From: Candidatus Woesearchaeota archaeon
Lineage (GTDB): Archaea > Nanobdellota > Nanobdellia > Pacearchaeales > GW2011-AR1
DNA: 64,000 bases
Direction of reading: 5' to 3'
NCBI GenBank assembly: GCA_964437555.1
Contig: CAYTHI010000002.1
Location: forward strand, 7,653-71,652
This document shows, piece after piece, positions 55,411-64,000 of the stretch. The position numbers were made by a program, and so were the translations under genes. The notes under the pieces are model-generated. The model did no database searches. It had not been told where the DNA came from and saw nothing but the letters and a program-made list of their open reading frames with translations. Position 1 is the first letter of the stretch. Every line of letters starts with the position of its first letter.

Positions 55411-55869
55411 ATGAAAAAGCTAATTGAAGTAAAAAACCTAACATTTTCATTTCCCGAAGAAAAAGAGAAAGCCCTTGATAATATTTCCATGACAATTAAC
55501 GAAGGCGAAGTCTACGGGATAATCGAAGCTTGGATAGTAAGTGCAACCGGAATACCTGCCAGTTCGGGATTTGTGCCCGTAATTACAAGGGAAATAAACC
55601 ATGTAATAAATGCACAAAAAGCAAGGGCGCATAAAATAAAATTCTCTTTAAATAGACCAATAGAATCCTTGCAGACATTCTTCCCTATCATAATCCCAAC
55701 ATTCAACCTTCTTCTGAACAAAGCATTTGATTTATCTTTATCAATAGAAGCGAGGGCTTTCAGAGCTAAAAAAGAAAGAACATATCCTCCAAGACTCAAA
55801 TTCAAAATCCAGGACTATGTAGCGATAATAATCCTAATATCTCTCTTCGTCCCTTATTTTATTAAATAA
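55411..55869 (+). pseudogene. fusion scar of ECF ATPase N-terminus and EcfT C-terminus
   Basis: LIEVKNLTFSF...ALDNIS.TI.EGE..GII stops before Walker A; then AQKAR...IIP...A..L..SIEARAF EcfT motifs. Confidence 0.7.
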
Positions 55870-55874
55870 TTACT

Positions 55875-56147
55875 TCACCACTCCGCACTTTCCAGCTCAA
55901 CTTGCTCATAAACAATTGTCTTTAATTCGTAAAATTTAATAGTCTCTTCAACTTGGTCGTCAAAATACCTCAATTGATAATCTTTGTCTGTTTTAGCGTC
56001 AAAAAGCTCAATAATCATTTCTTTAGTTGTCTTGTAATCTTCAAAGACATAATGCGCATCAACTTCCAGTTGCAGTCCATTTATATTCATCTTGTCGCCT
56101 TTCTTAATTTGCGCAATCGGCTTTGACGCTTTTATTTTCATGAACAA
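55875..56147 (-). CDS. conserved hypothetical protein
   Basis: 90-aa ORF. Confidence 0.6.
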   Translation of the reverse strand: MFMKIKASKPIAQIKKGDKMNINGLQLEVDAHYVFEDYKTTKEMIIELFDAKTDKDYQLRYFDDQVEETIKFYELKTIVYEQVELESAEW

Positions 56148-56165
56148 AAAAGAATAAATTGGTTT

Positions 56166-56363
56166 TTAAGCTTTAGCTTCCATAAGCTCCTTAATAATTC
56201 TACCCCATTCTTCTCCTTCCCAAATACCGCAAAATTTTGTTATATCTTTTTTCTTTTTTTCAGACTCTAAGGAATTCCTTATAATTTCTGAAAAAGACAT
56301 ATTTCTTTTTATTGCTTTTAATTTTCTATAAACATCATCAGACAAGGAGATTACCTTTACCAT
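56166..56363 (-). CDS. VapB-family antitoxin (no adjacent VapC)
   Basis: KVISLSDDVY.KL...K...SFSE.I...F.G.W. Confidence 0.75.
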   Translation of the reverse strand: MVKVISLSDDVYRKLKAIKRNMSFSEIIRNSLESEKKKKDITKFCGIWEGEEWGRIIKELMEAKA

Positions 56364-56444
56364 ATAGGCATATTGCCCAGATTATATAAATAAATCTTTC
56401 TATCTAAATAATTTAAAGAAAATGTGTATTTTTATAATTATGCC

Positions 56445-57743
56445 TTAAGGCTTCCATCTTGTCATCGTCCTTGGAAAGCCAATTGCATCCTTTATTGTAT
56501 CAAGGCCGCATATCCATTTAACCAATCTTTCTGTTCCTAATCCAAATCCTCCATGAGGAACAGCCCCATATTTATGAATGTCAAAATAATACTGATAGTC
56601 TTCCAGCTTCTCTCCTTTTGCCTTCAACGATTTCTTTAATTCATCTATGTTTGTATCTCTCTCGCTTCCCCCGATTAATTCTCCGTTTCCTTCAGGCCCA
56701 AGCATGTCAAAGCACAAAGCTAATTTGGGATTTTTAGGGTCTCTTGGCTTGTAAAAAGCCATTATTTCTTTAGGATAATGAGTTACAAAAACAGGTATGT
56801 CATGCGATTCCATAAACTTTTCTTCTTCTATAGTGCGCAAGTCCTTTCCCCACTCCACATGCATCTTCTTCTTTTCTTTCAAAACTTTCAGAACCTCATC
56901 ATACCTAACTCTGGGAAATTTCTTCTTTAAAACAGCTTCCAGCTTTTTTACGTCTCTCTCCAAAAATTTCAGCTCCTCTTTATTTACCTCTAAAACTTTT
57001 TTTACAACATATTTAGTCATTTCCTCTGCATAACTCATTAATTCGTCTAAATCAGCCCATGCAATTTCCATTTCAGTATGCCAATACTCTGTTAAATGCC
57101 GTGAAGTTTTACTTTTTTCTGCCCTGAATGAAGGAGCAATTGTATAGATTTTCTCTAAGCCGTACATGGCTGCCTCTGCATACAACTGCCATGTCTGCGC
57201 CAGATACATTTTTTTGTCAAAATATTTTACTTCAAACATGCTTGGTCCATCTTCAGCCCCGCCTGGAATCAAAATCGGCGATTGAAATTCATAAAATCCC
57301 TTGCCTTTAAAGTATTCATGCAAAGCACCTGTGACAGTGCTTCTTATTTTCATAATAGAAGTCATTTTCCTGCTTCTAATCCACAAATGCCTTCTGTCGC
57401 CTAATAATTCTTCATTCAAATCCTTGCTAATAGGAAATTCGTCGCTAAGCCCGACAATTTCAATTTTATCAGCATGAATTTCATATCCTGTCGGGGCTCT
57501 TTTATCCTCTTTGATACTTCCACGAATTTCAACACTTGCTTCAATCTTCAATTTATCAATATCATTCCATTGCTTCTCAAAGTCCTTCTTCTCAAAAACG
57601 CATTGAATTATATCCGATGAATCACGAAGAACAATAAACTTAATTGCATTGCTTCCTCTTTCTCTGTGTATCCAGCCGCGCACAGCAACTTCGCCTTTGC
57701 CTTTTTTCATGGCTTCTTTTATTGAAATAAATTCTGATTTCAT
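56445..57743 (-). CDS. asnS: asparaginyl-tRNA synthetase
   Basis: VRGWIHR.R, RHLW.R, QLY.E, FRAEKS.TSRHLTEYW, GELIGGSER, PHGGFGLG.ER, FPR. Confidence 0.85.
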   Translation of the reverse strand: MKSEFISIKEAMKKGKGEVAVRGWIHRERGSNAIKFIVLRDSSDIIQCVFEKKDFEKQWNDIDKLKIEASVEIRGSIKEDKRAPTGYEIHADKIEIVGLSDEFPISKDLNEELLGDRRHLWIRSRKMTSIMKIRSTVTGALHEYFKGKGFYEFQSPILIPGGAEDGPSMFEVKYFDKKMYLAQTWQLYAEAAMYGLEKIYTIAPSFRAEKSKTSRHLTEYWHTEMEIAWADLDELMSYAEEMTKYVVKKVLEVNKEELKFLERDVKKLEAVLKKKFPRVRYDEVLKVLKEKKKMHVEWGKDLRTIEEEKFMESHDIPVFVTHYPKEIMAFYKPRDPKNPKLALCFDMLGPEGNGELIGGSERDTNIDELKKSLKAKGEKLEDYQYYFDIHKYGAVPHGGFGLGTERLVKWICGLDTIKDAIGFPRTMTRWKP

Positions 57744-57748
57744 TTTAA

Positions 57749-58081
57749 TTATAAAATATTATTAAACTCCTTTTTAACCTTCTCAAAAGTCTCCTTATTA
57801 ACTCTTGCGACACTCTTTTTTATAGTTTTTTTATCCAATGTAAACAGCTTATTAATTTTAATCCTGCTTTTCCTTGGAATACTGCCGTTCTCCAAACTAA
57901 AATTATCTATTAAAACAGAGTATTTTGAATTCTTTAAATTTGAAGTAATCCCGCAGGTTACAATATCCCCAAATAATTTATTATCCTCCTCTTTAGATAA
58001 TACGAGAACAGGTCTTTGTCTTTTATCGCTCAAATCAGTAAAAGGAAAAGGAACTATGATAATTTCACCCTGCTTATACAT
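57749..58081 (-). CDS. MazF/PemK family toxin
   Basis: GEIIIVPFPFTD...K.RPVLVLS, ITS. Confidence 0.9.
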   Translation of the reverse strand: MYKQGEIIIVPFPFTDLSDKRQRPVLVLSKEEDNKLFGDIVTCGITSNLKNSKYSVLIDNFSLENGSIPRKSRIKINKLFTLDKKTIKKSVARVNKETFEKVKKEFNNIL

Positions 58082-58307
58082 TGTTCCAGACCTCATCTTC
58101 TTTATTATCCCATAATTTTTTAGCAACTTTTTCAGAATGTTTCAGCAAATCAGAAAAATCATCCTTATTCACTTTCTTAATTACTATTGCGTCATCTGTT
58201 TTTGTCACAAACAGCTCATCTCCCTGCTCAATTTTCAAACTTTCACGAATGCCGACAGGCAGAGATATTTGCCCTTTGTCTGTAACTTTGATAATTTTAA
58301 CTTCCAT
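58074..58307 (-). CDS. AbrB/MazE family antitoxin
   Basis: KVTDKGQISLP..IR..L.I..GD. Confidence 0.9.
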   Translation of the reverse strand: MEVKIIKVTDKGQISLPVGIRESLKIEQGDELFVTKTDDAIVIKKVNKDDFSDLLKHSEKVAKKLWDNKEDEVWNNV

Positions 58308-58311
58308 AGGA

Positions 58312-58331
58312 AAGTAAGAATTTCCTTACTT
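58312..58331. promoter_or_regulatory. inverted repeat operator of the mazEF-like module
   Basis: AAGTAAG-N6-CTTACTT between TATA and antitoxin start. Confidence 0.6.
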
Positions 58332-58356
58332 ATAAATCTTTCTTTCAAAAAGCAAC

Positions 58357-59664
58357 TTAAGGAGTAAGTCTGCCCGGATCTCTTGCAAACAAAACAGCTT
58401 CTCTGATATTTTCTAACCCTAAAAGCACCATTGTAATGCGTTCTATTCCTAAGGCAAAGCCGCCGTGGGACGGAACTCCATATTTAAAAAACTTAGTAAA
58501 CCAGTCTACAGACTTTAATGGCAAATTTCTTTCTTTAACATTTTTTATTAGCTTATCATAACGATTTTCCCTTTGCCCACCAGAAGACATTTCCATTCCT
58601 CTATAATAGAGGTCCGTGCTTCTTGCATATTTCTCTCCTTCTTCACAATAGACATAAAATGGCTTAACCTTAAATGGAAATTTATTAAGGAAATAAAATT
58701 CTGTTCCGGGATATTTTTCCTGAACATGCCGCCATAATAATTTTTCAGCTTCAGCATCTAAATCCTCTCCGATTTTAATTTTTTTCCCCATTTTTCCGAG
58801 AATTTCATAAATCTCTGGAAAATTTATTTCTGGGAAAGGTGCCTTCGGTATTTTTAATGTGGCTCCTAAAGTTTCCAATTCTTGTTTGCATTCACTATTC
58901 ACTTTCTCAAAAGCAGAAATAATGACTTGTTCTTCAACTCTCATAACCTCTCTTTCAGACTTGATAAAAGCAATCTCCACAGCACAGGTCCTATGCTCGG
59001 TCAGATGCTTTACAGTGTTGCTTTTTTCAGCTCTCCAGCTTGGTCCAATATCGTAAATTCTTTCTATGCCTCCCGCAACTGTTAATTGCCTATGAAGCTG
59101 GGGGTCTTGCCTTAAATATGCCTTGGTCTCAAAATATTTTACTTCAAAAGCCTCGCTTCCTGATTCAGAAGCGACGCCCATTAGAGCAGGGGTAAAAACC
59201 TGTAAAAAACCATGCTTGTTAAGGTATTCCTGCATTCCCTCTATCAACTTAGCTTGTATCCTAAAAACCGCTCTATATTTGGGAGTTCTCAAACTAAGAG
59301 ACCTGTAATCCAATCTTGTAGGCAATTCCGCCCTGACCGCTTTCTCATTAACCTGCATAGGCAGCTCCTCCGCATTATTTAATATCTTAATATCGAAAAC
59401 CTCAACTTCAACATCTGCTCTGGCAAATTCCGCCTTAACGCTTGCCTTCTTCGCCTTCCCTTTAATCTCAACAATACTCTCTAAACTTAAATCTGAAATT
59501 TTACCCATTAAACCTTTATCACTGACAACACACTGAATCATTCCTGTATAATCCCTAAGAAGAATAAAACTAATCTTAGATAAATTCCTTATTTCATGAA
59601 CCCATCCATTTAATACTACTTGCTCTCCCGACTTAACCTCTTTAATAAAAGTCCTCTCCATCAC
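58357..59664 (-). CDS. aspS: aspartyl-tRNA synthetase (archaeal type)
   Basis: GWVHEIR.L, TRLDYR, ESG...F, PQL..Q, SGGQR, HGGFALGIER, LF.RDP.RL.P. Confidence 0.88.
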   Translation of the reverse strand: MMERTFIKEVKSGEQVVLNGWVHEIRNLSKISFILLRDYTGMIQCVVSDKGLMGKISDLSLESIVEIKGKAKKASVKAEFARADVEVEVFDIKILNNAEELPMQVNEKAVRAELPTRLDYRSLSLRTPKYRAVFRIQAKLIEGMQEYLNKHGFLQVFTPALMGVASESGSEAFEVKYFETKAYLRQDPQLHRQLTVAGGIERIYDIGPSWRAEKSNTVKHLTEHRTCAVEIAFIKSEREVMRVEEQVIISAFEKVNSECKQELETLGATLKIPKAPFPEINFPEIYEILGKMGKKIKIGEDLDAEAEKLLWRHVQEKYPGTEFYFLNKFPFKVKPFYVYCEEGEKYARSTDLYYRGMEMSSGGQRENRYDKLIKNVKERNLPLKSVDWFTKFFKYGVPSHGGFALGIERITMVLLGLENIREAVLFARDPGRLTP

Positions 59665-59728
59665 CCCTTTAAAAAAACCTATTATTTAATCTTTTTGACT
59701 ACCAGAACTTTTTCTAAAAGTTGTAGTT

Positions 59729-60913
59729 TTAAGTATTTTTATCCATTAAATTAGCTCTATCTAAAAAGAAAGAATAATCTTTTGCAATTATCTTATTCTT
59801 TATCTTTATTGAATTAAACAATTCCTTTTGCTTTTTTTCCAGTTCTTTGTTGTATTTTGCTTCAATTAAGGCGTCTTTAGTGATAAAGTCTATTTCTATT
59901 GAATTTTCAAGATAATAGGCAGGATTTTCATCTTTTATCTTCAAAAATACCAAGTTTTCAAAACTAGCGCCTAAATCTTTTAATCCCGTTATAATATTTT
60001 TAATTCCTATGTCTCCTGCATAAATTTTCTTTGGGGAAGTCACTTTTTCGTTATAGGATTTAGCATACCTGTCAACAATATAAAATAAATAAGATTTTTC
60101 AAAATAGCCTACATATCTTTTTGCACTATCAACCGAGATTTTTAATATCTCTGCCATCTTGTTATAGCTCATTGGTTTTCCAACTCTCTGGCATAAAAGA
60201 ACAAAAAGCTCTTTTATTGTTTTCTCTGCTGTAATCTTATGGTAAGCTATTATATCTTTGTAAATTACACTTTCAATTAGTTCATTTAGATAATTTTTAT
60301 CTTCTGTTAGAACGTAATTTGGCATTCCTCCGATTTTCAGATAATCTGTAAAATAACTCTCCAGTTTGGCCGTATCAGATTTGGATATGCTGGCTTCTTT
60401 AAATTGTAAAAACTCCTGAAAGTCCAGAGGCATTATTTCTATTGTTATTATTCTTCCGGTCAGGCTTGCTTTTTTGTCTCTTAATAAAGTAGCAATTGAA
60501 GAAGAGCAGATAACTTTTATTTTTTCATTGTCATAAATGCTCTTTAGTTCCTGTTCAAAATTCTCTCTGGAAGAAACTTCATCTAAAAATAAATAAAAGA
60601 AGTCTGCAGAAGACTTTTTATGTATCTTTCTATATTCTTCTATTAATTGATGAATACTAAATTCCAAAAGATTGAATGCGTCCAGACTTACAAAAAATAT
60701 ATCTTCGGGCTTATTTTCCTTTAATAATTCTTTTATTGCCTGTATTACTATTGTTGTCTTTCCCACCCTTCTCAATCCAGTAAGAATAATTATCTCTTTT
60801 GACTTAATATTTTTGAATATTTGTGATAAATATTTTTCCCGAATGTAGCTTTCCTCTTTAAACTTGCTTTCCCACCAAGGATTTTGCTTAAACAATTCTG
60901 CTTCAATTTCCAT
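59729..60913 (-). CDS. AAA_14/DUF4143-like ATP-binding protein
   Basis: QNPWW, G.RRVGKTT, FLDEV, LTGR, GG.P, K.Y..D.G, FEN.V, EIDF. Confidence 0.88.
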   Translation of the reverse strand: MEIEAELFKQNPWWESKFKEESYIREKYLSQIFKNIKSKEIIILTGLRRVGKTTIVIQAIKELLKENKPEDIFFVSLDAFNLLEFSIHQLIEEYRKIHKKSSADFFYLFLDEVSSRENFEQELKSIYDNEKIKVICSSSIATLLRDKKASLTGRIITIEIMPLDFQEFLQFKEASISKSDTAKLESYFTDYLKIGGMPNYVLTEDKNYLNELIESVIYKDIIAYHKITAEKTIKELFVLLCQRVGKPMSYNKMAEILKISVDSAKRYVGYFEKSYLFYIVDRYAKSYNEKVTSPKKIYAGDIGIKNIITGLKDLGASFENLVFLKIKDENPAYYLENSIEIDFITKDALIEAKYNKELEKKQKELFNSIKIKNKIIAKDYSFFLDRANLMDKNT

Positions 60914-60940
60914 ACATATTTCAATTCTTAAACATTTAAA

Positions 60941-60997
60941 TACTTTACTATTCCATCGTATAGTATTATATATTACTTTACTATTCCATCGTATAGT
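60941..60997. repeat. two identical 24-bp direct repeats (period 33) with internal ACTAT-N8-ATAGT palindrome
   Basis: TACTTTACTATTCCATCGTATAGT at 60941-60964 and 60974-60997, next to the ATPase TATA box. Confidence 0.8.
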
Positions 60998-61370
60998 CTG
61001 ATAAATACCTGTTGCATCAAAACAACCTGCCAAGACATACTTAATGAATTAGTTGAATTTGACTGCCTCCCGCGCGAAAGGGCTAATAATTATGCGTGTG
61101 GCCCAGCCATTTCTGGCTAGGAATAATAAAAGAAAAGATGTATTTTTATAATTATGCATTCAAAAGAGTGTCAAGAATTAGGGGCTTGATTTTGCTGTCA
61201 GGTTGGGGGGCTTTCGGGATAACTTTTATAGGATGTTTCTCTATAAAATGTATGCAGCAGAAAGATGTAAGCTTAATGTTGCAGGACAAGGAAACAGATG
61301 GATGAATTTAATTAAATCAGTTCAAGCCGCACCTGACAACACAGGAGAAAATTACGGAAAGCCCCGAAAG

Positions 61371-62222
61371 TCAGACAATCCTTGCATTCAATATGGCATT
61401 TGCAGAATCAATGCATGCTTGCTCGTCTGCTTTAAGCTGTGCAAGTCTTCCTTCAATTTCAGCCCTTGATTTTGTAAACTTCTTTTCTATTTGACTTTCA
61501 ATAAGTCCACTCAAATTTTTTGCGCTGTCTACGGCAGAAATTCTCCCCACCCTGCAAAGCCCGCTAAAGCAGTCCAAGCTGACGCCCCAGTCGGCATCCC
61601 AGTCGCCGTAGCTCAAGCTCAACCTACGAACGCCCGAATTTCCTCTCCATCTAAAATTATCTTTTAATGTCTTTTCTGCATCCTGTCCCTGTATTAATCC
61701 ATCAGCAGAGACTATTTGAGGCATTACTCCATATCTTTCTCCTCCTAATTTCAAGCCAAGAGATTTAAATGAAGCTAAAACTGGCATAACAAGCCCATGT
61801 TTCCCAGCATATTGAGTTAAAGCTTGCGCAACTTTTGCATCAGGATTATTTTCATCATACAAAGCAAGCCCATGGTCTATTAAAATTTCAGGGCGATACA
61901 TACCTGCCCTTTGTAATTGAATTCCTTCTCCAATTGTTGGAAGCCATCTTTCATCCCTGCTTCTCTTCATCAAAACTCTATTTACTACAATTCCCTTAAG
62001 ACGGCTAATATTATATAATTCTCCCGTACTTTTATCAACAGAAACTCCGCCCTTCAATCCAGGTGCGTTGCCATAATCAGAAACAATTGCCTTATTAGTG
62101 GCAGATACCACCTCTCTGGCTTCGTCAACACAAAAGGGCATTGAAAAAGTATAATTTCCATCATCCTGATTAAAAACAAAAATATCTGTTCCGTCTACTC
62201 TCTGATTTATCTCTCTTACCAT
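61371..62222 (-). CDS. hypothetical protein, probable DGR target with variable repeat near the C-terminus
   Basis: GC-rich NNC-codon tract encoding SGVRRLSLSYGDWDADWGVSLDCFSGLCRV followed by a hairpin and a coiled coil. Confidence 0.65.
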   Translation of the reverse strand: MVREINQRVDGTDIFVFNQDDGNYTFSMPFCVDEAREVVSATNKAIVSDYGNAPGLKGGVSVDKSTGELYNISRLKGIVVNRVLMKRSRDERWLPTIGEGIQLQRAGMYRPEILIDHGLALYDENNPDAKVAQALTQYAGKHGLVMPVLASFKSLGLKLGGERYGVMPQIVSADGLIQGQDAEKTLKDNFRWRGNSGVRRLSLSYGDWDADWGVSLDCFSGLCRVGRISAVDSAKNLSGLIESQIEKKFTKSRAEIEGRLAQLKADEQACIDSANAILNARIV

Positions 62223-62291
62223 GTCTTTCCTACAAATAATCGGTATTTAAATTTTTCTATTCTGTTACCACTTAACAGAAACACCTTAAAT

Positions 62292-63038
62292 TCACAGCTG
62301 AACTTTAGAAAAAATATAGCTTCCAAGAATTAACAATATTAATGAAAGGACTGATAGCACAAGCGCATCAATACCAACGCCAAAATGAGACATTCCTGTT
62401 AAAGCGCCTCTCAAGCCGTCAACTCCATAAGAAAGAGGATTGAATCTGGCAATTATATCCAACGCTATCGGTAAATCCTTCAAAGGATATAACGCTCCTG
62501 ACAAAAAGAATAAGGGCATGATAAGAAAGTTCAGGATGAGAGGAAATGCCTGCATATCTTCCATATTTGAAGCAATAACAACTCCAAAAGCAGTAAACAG
62601 GAATCCTATTAAAAACAAAAATAAGAAAGCTAAGGGCAGCATTAAAATGCTTACCGGTCTAAAACCGGCAATTAAACAAACTAAAAACACTAAAATTCCC
62701 TGCGCTATAGCAACTGTTGTGCCTCCTAATATTTTTCCTAAAGCTATTTCAAATCTTGGCACAGGAGCAACAAGAGTTTCTTTCAAAAATCCGATTTGCC
62801 TGTCCCAAATTATTTCCATGGCTGAAAAAGTAGCTGTAAATAAAACAGTCATTGCAATTATTCCGGAAGCTAAGAATTGCAGATAATCTCCCCCTCCGGC
62901 TTTAGCATAAATAGGGCCGAATCCGAAACCGAGAGCCAATAAAAATAAAATTGGCTGGCCTAAAGAGCCCGCCATTCTCCATTTTGTTCTCACATATCTC
63001 TTCAACTGCCTAAGCCAGAGAATATAAACTGCTTTCAT
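62292..63038 (-). CDS. ABC-2 type transporter permease
   Basis: DR..GFLKE.LVAP..R, P.FFLSG..YP, NPL.Y.VD..R. Confidence 0.92.
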   Translation of the reverse strand: MKAVYILWLRQLKRYVRTKWRMAGSLGQPILFLLALGFGFGPIYAKAGGGDYLQFLASGIIAMTVLFTATFSAMEIIWDRQIGFLKETLVAPVPRFEIALGKILGGTTVAIAQGILVFLVCLIAGFRPVSILMLPLAFLFLFLIGFLFTAFGVVIASNMEDMQAFPLILNFLIMPLFFLSGALYPLKDLPIALDIIARFNPLSYGVDGLRGALTGMSHFGVGIDALVLSVLSLILLILGSYIFSKVQL

Positions 63039-63427
63039 TTTTGTTTTTTACCTCTATTAAATTTCACAAACTTAGAATACTTTCCCAAATTATCCATCAA
63101 TATCTTACAAAATTTTAAATTTGTTATTATATTTATGAAAATCTTTTCTTTTCCATAAAAAATCCCTGCCCTATTATCATTTGCCTCATAAGATTCATGC
63201 CAATCAATATAATTATCAATATCTTTCTTCTTCGAAATAAATTTATCGTTCTTATCAATATACTCCTCTCTATCAATATCTGGCATATTTTCAAAAGAAT
63301 TGTACATTGCCTCGCACAACCAATTAAAAAAATTCTTATTTTTTCTAACAATTATATAGGCATAATTAAAGTTTCCTTCATGAATATTGTCAATTCCCAA
63401 AATTTCTGTTTTTTCTATACTCTTCAT
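63035..63427 (-). CDS. hypothetical protein between ABC ATPase and permease
   Basis: 130-aa AT-rich ORF overlapping both neighbours by ATGA. Confidence 0.55.
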   Translation of the reverse strand: MKSIEKTEILGIDNIHEGNFNYAYIIVRKNKNFFNWLCEAMYNSFENMPDIDREEYIDKNDKFISKKKDIDNYIDWHESYEANDNRAGIFYGKEKIFINIITNLKFCKILMDNLGKYSKFVKFNRGKKQK

Positions 63428-63999
63428 ATCCTGCCCCAGCTTTTCGCCATCGCCCTTACCCTATCAATTGCTCCTGCGTTCTCTTTTCTTATAGTATGCC
63501 CTGTTAGTTTCAAAAACGCCTCTTCTATACTCTTGCTTTGGGTATGTTTTTTAATTTCATCAGGCGTTCCTCTGTAAGCAATTTTTCCGTAATCAATAAT
63601 AGCTATATGATTTGCATACCTTTCAGCTTCCTCCATGTTATGCGTTGTAAAAAACACAGTCATGTTTTCTTTTTTATTCAATTCTTTAATATAATTCCAT
63701 ATATGATTTCTTGTTTGCGGGTCAAGTCCGATAGTTGGCTCGTCCAAAAATAAGATTTTAGGATGATGTATCAATCCCCGAGCAATTTCAAGCCTTCTTT
63801 TCATTCCTCCTGAAAATGTTTTCACATAATCATCCTTTCTGTCCCATAATCCGACAAATTTAAGTAAAGATTCTATTTTGGGATTCATTGTTTTTTTGTC
63901 CACATCATACAGCATGGCATGAAATTGCATATTCTCATAAGAAGTCAGTTCATTGTCCAAGCTCACGTCCTGAAAAACAATTCCAAAAGATTTTCTGAC
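63424..63999 (-). CDS. ABC transporter ATP-binding protein (DrrA-like), 5'-truncated by window
   Basis: FSGGMKRRLEIAR, LFLDEPT.GLD, TTH.MEEA; frame open to window end. Confidence 0.93.
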   Translation of the reverse strand, partial: VRKSFGIVFQDVSLDNELTSYENMQFHAMLYDVDKKTMNPKIESLLKFVGLWDRKDDYVKTFSGGMKRRLEIARGLIHHPKILFLDEPTIGLDPQTRNHIWNYIKELNKKENMTVFFTTHNMEEAERYANHIAIIDYGKIAYRGTPDEIKKHTQSKSIEEAFLKLTGHTIRKENAGAIDRVRAMAKSWGRI

Positions 64000-64000
64000 A

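Noticed and set aside
60941..60997. CRISPR array
   Set aside because: Only two repeats with a 9-nt spacer; no cas genes
60914..61033. N-terminal extension of the ATPase with repeated TIRWNSKV
   Set aside because: It is the translation of the promoter direct repeat; the real start is likely 60913
61216..61226. GGGATAACTTT matching the attI-like site
   Set aside because: A single 11-nt match without the GTT core at the right spacing; plausible by chance
61058..61375. SRP RNA or RNase P RNA
   Set aside because: The size fits, but I could not find the SRP helix-8 motif or RNase P conserved regions on either strand
431..63753. Numerous short antisense or alternate-frame ORFs in the track
   Set aside because: They overlap well-supported genes and lack motifs or starts

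Overview
AT-rich window from an archaeal genome, most likely DPANN (Pacearchaeota/Woesearchaeota-like). It carries rpl15e, aIF1A, aIF2beta, aRF1, MCM with an intein, NAC, Sec61beta, deoxyhypusine synthase, FtsZ, MinD, TopA, four aminoacyl-tRNA synthetases and three tRNAs (two with introns). Many genes appear leaderless behind TATA boxes, and ORFans and toxin-antitoxin modules are interspersed. The most notable region is 12.66-16.27 kb, an integron-like locus. A short 272-aa tyrosine recombinase without the IntI-specific insertion sits next to an attI-like site and two gene cassettes. The cassettes are bounded by long, branched attC-like sites rich in GNA triloops. Each cassette gene is inverted relative to the array and has its own promoter, and each cassette's two flanks are complementary well beyond the crossover core. 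Other highlights: a probable diversity-generating-retroelement variable repeat with no TR or RT in the window (61.5 kb) beside a structured ~315-nt spacer, a bacterial ECF sigma factor, a bacterial MnmA, a candidate cohesin-dockerin pair, a protamine-like micro-protein and several frameshifted or collapsed genes. All assignments come from reading motifs by eye; no database searches were run.
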